Source of the DNA: an uncultured Acidobacteriota bacterium
GTDB taxonomy: Bacteria; Acidobacteriota; Thermoanaerobaculia; Multivoradales; JAHEKO01
Length of the DNA stretch: 64,000 nucleotides
Reading direction: 5' to 3'
Assembly (NCBI GenBank): GCA_963713825.1
Contig: CAVQNG010000003.1
Location: forward strand, 1,632,001-1,696,000
Shown: piece after piece, positions 62,266 to 64,000 of the stretch
Layout of the letters: every line of letters begins with the position of its first letter
Position numbering within the stretch: position 1 is the stretch's first letter
Made by a program: the position numbers and the translations under genes
Notes under the pieces: model-generated
Databases searched by the model: none
What the model was told of the DNA's origin: nothing
What the model saw: only the letters and a program-made list of their open reading frames with translations

Positions 62266-64000
62266 ATTCCAGTGGATTCTGCTGGTACATCTCGATGTCG
62301 GCCTCGGTGTAGCCCAACTCTTGCCAGTCGAGCACGCCTTCGGGGCTGTGACAGTCGACGCAGGTGAGTGAGCCTTCGCGGCGGATCGCATGGCTGATCT
62401 CCATGGATGCGTCCATGGGAATCCAGCGAGCCTCGACGTTCTTCATGGCTTTGACGTCCTCGTAGGAACCGGCATCCCAGCCTTCGGCGCCCATGAAGGA
62501 CATGAACTCGTCCATCAGATAGAACTTGAACAGCTTGCCGTACATCATCGCCATCATGCTCTTTTCCATCTCCTTCGCCGCCGCCTGTTCGGGGTCGCCG
62601 GTGGTGTAGTAGGTCGGCAAGTTGTAGGGCACGTACATGCCACCGAAGGGAGAGATGTTGGCCAGGTCGATGTGCTGTTTGCCGTTGAAACGCTTCATGG
62701 CGTAGAGCTTCGAGGGCTTCTGCTTGGCGATCGGTCGCATGACGCTCTCGTACCAACCTTCGTAGTCGAAGTCCTGATACTCGGGCCAGACATGCTCGGG
62801 TTTGTAGAAGCTGTAGAGGTCTTTACCGTTGGGATGGTCGCCGATCGGATTGCCGAGAAACGTTCCGTCGCCATTCCACCACTTGAACACGATGCCGCGC
62901 TTGGCGTCGACTTCCTTCTCCAGATCCTCGTAGACGTAGATTCCGGGGTGCTCCTCGAACAGGGGGCTGTCGAAGTCGCGCATGGTGGCATTGTCGGCCT
63001 GCAACGTGGGGATATGGCAGGTGACACAAGCGATCCGCCGGGTATGAGTATTGTAGAAGTCGGCAAGCTCTGGGTCGTCCCGGTGGGGCTCGGCCGAATG
63101 GCACTTCTCACACCGCACTTCGACGTCGGGCAGATCGTTCGCCATCATCGTCGTCGTGTGCGTGCCTTTGGCGATGAGATGCCCCTGGGTGGTATGACAC
63201 TCGATGCAGGCCATGTTCTGCGCCGCGTGCACGTCCCAGGTGGGGGAGTAGGGTGTGCCCCGCTTCGAGCCTGGATGGGCGATTCTCGGCTGGGTGTCGC
63301 CCAGATTCCACTGACTCTGCATGAAGAGCGAGTCCAGTTCGTCGATGTAGATGTCGCCACCGAAATTGTGCTGATGGCAGCGCAGGCAGGTCTTGGCTGT
63401 CGGAGTGACGATCGACAGCGCTGCCCGCATGGAGCGGTCCTGGTCCCACCGGCCCCGCCCGTCCGCACCCACCACGACCTGTTTCTTGTTCATGTCGTAG
63501 GCGGCAGCGTGACAGATCAGGCAGTCGATGGCCGCTTTTTCGGCTTGGGTTGTCCGATAGGCCGGCATGATCTCGCCCAACGGCGCCTGATACTGACCAC
63601 CGATGTGGCACTGGCCGCAACCCTCTGAGAGAGTCGTACCGTCTTCCAGTTCCACGACCTCGGCCCAGGCGGTGAACGCGAAGGAGCCCGGCTTGGGACA
63701 GGGCCGATCGATCTTGCCCATCGGAAAGTTGTCGGCCAGCTCGCCGTTGAAGCCGTAGACGTTCGGGTGACGCGTCGTGAAGAACCGGTAGTGCGAGGAC
63801 TCCAGCAGGTTCTGCATCAGGTCGACGTTCTTGATCTCTCCCGTTTCGGCGTCCTCGATCTGCGCATACTCGTGGCACTGGAGACAAGTTTTCGGCCCTT
63901 CGTAAGCCCGGATACCTGCTTTGCGAAATCGATCGACGTGATCGAACCTCTCAGGGAAGCTGCCGGTCAGGAACTGGGCGATCTCTTCGAACTCCTCTTC
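62264..64000 (-). CDS. multiheme (octaheme, tetrathionate reductase-like) cytochrome c, 5' end outside window
   Basis: Open frame to the window edge; eight CxxCH: CLQCH, CGQCH, CLICH, CLRCH, CIECH, CEKCH, CVTCH, CVDCH; YEGPKTCLQCH..SSHY as in OTR-like proteins. Confidence 0.85.
   Translation of the reverse strand, partial: EEEFEEIAQFLTGSFPERFDHVDRFRKAGIRAYEGPKTCLQCHEYAQIEDAETGEIKNVDLMQNLLESSHYRFFTTRHPNVYGFNGELADNFPMGKIDRPCPKPGSFAFTAWAEVVELEDGTTLSEGCGQCHIGGQYQAPLGEIMPAYRTTQAEKAAIDCLICHAAAYDMNKKQVVVGADGRGRWDQDRSMRAALSIVTPTAKTCLRCHQHNFGGDIYIDELDSLFMQSQWNLGDTQPRIAHPGSKRGTPYSPTWDVHAAQNMACIECHTTQGHLIAKGTHTTTMMANDLPDVEVRCEKCHSAEPHRDDPELADFYNTHTRRIACVTCHIPTLQADNATMRDFDSPLFEEHPGIYVYEDLEKEVDAKRGIVFKWWNGDGTFLGNPIGDHPNGKDLYSFYKPEHVWPEYQDFDYEGWYESVMRPIAKQKPSKLYAMKRFNGKQHIDLANISPFGGMYVPYNLPTYYTTGDPEQAAAKEMEKSMMAMMYGKLFKFYLMDEFMSFMGAEGWDAGSYEDVKAMKNVEARWIPMDASMEISHAIRREGSLTCVDCHSPEGVLDWQELGYTEADIEMYQQNPLE

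Overview
A GC-rich bacterial chromosomal window. Gene content and motifs (ADOP-type ABC permease, Hanks kinase-TolB-TPR proteins, VPS10/BNR proteins, FxDGFESGD tags) suggest Acidobacteriota, possibly Thermoanaerobaculia; this placement is inferred. It holds about 45 CDS, mostly envelope, secreted or hydrolytic proteins, plus one intact tRNA-Ala(GGC). Main structure beyond the gene calls: (1) an integrase-less island or cassette region downstream of tRNA-Ala, bounded by a duplicated tRNA-Ala fragment, a degenerate inverted tRNA-Phe 3' half and three copies of an arm-site-like repeat, with single-gene cargoes (two kinases and a serine hydrolase); (2) a 1900-aa secreted Asp-box/PKD/cadherin/PxKF protein with nine perfect NPVPR pentapeptides, convergent with a transmembrane Ser/Thr kinase whose TolB-like/TPR region follows the TM helix; (3) a sigma-54 promoter and enhancer motif shared by an HlyD adaptor and an ADOP permease 38 kb apart; (4) a rimK::cation-chloride cotransporter fusion junction; (5) a DUF134-NifX-Met-gamma-lyase operon with a palindromic operator; (6) a CTAG-flanked MITE, a REP-like hairpin family and G-rich short tandem repeats; (7) a partial octaheme cytochrome c. 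No CRISPR array, rRNA, integrase or transposase gene was seen. All calls are by-eye motif recognition, not database searches.
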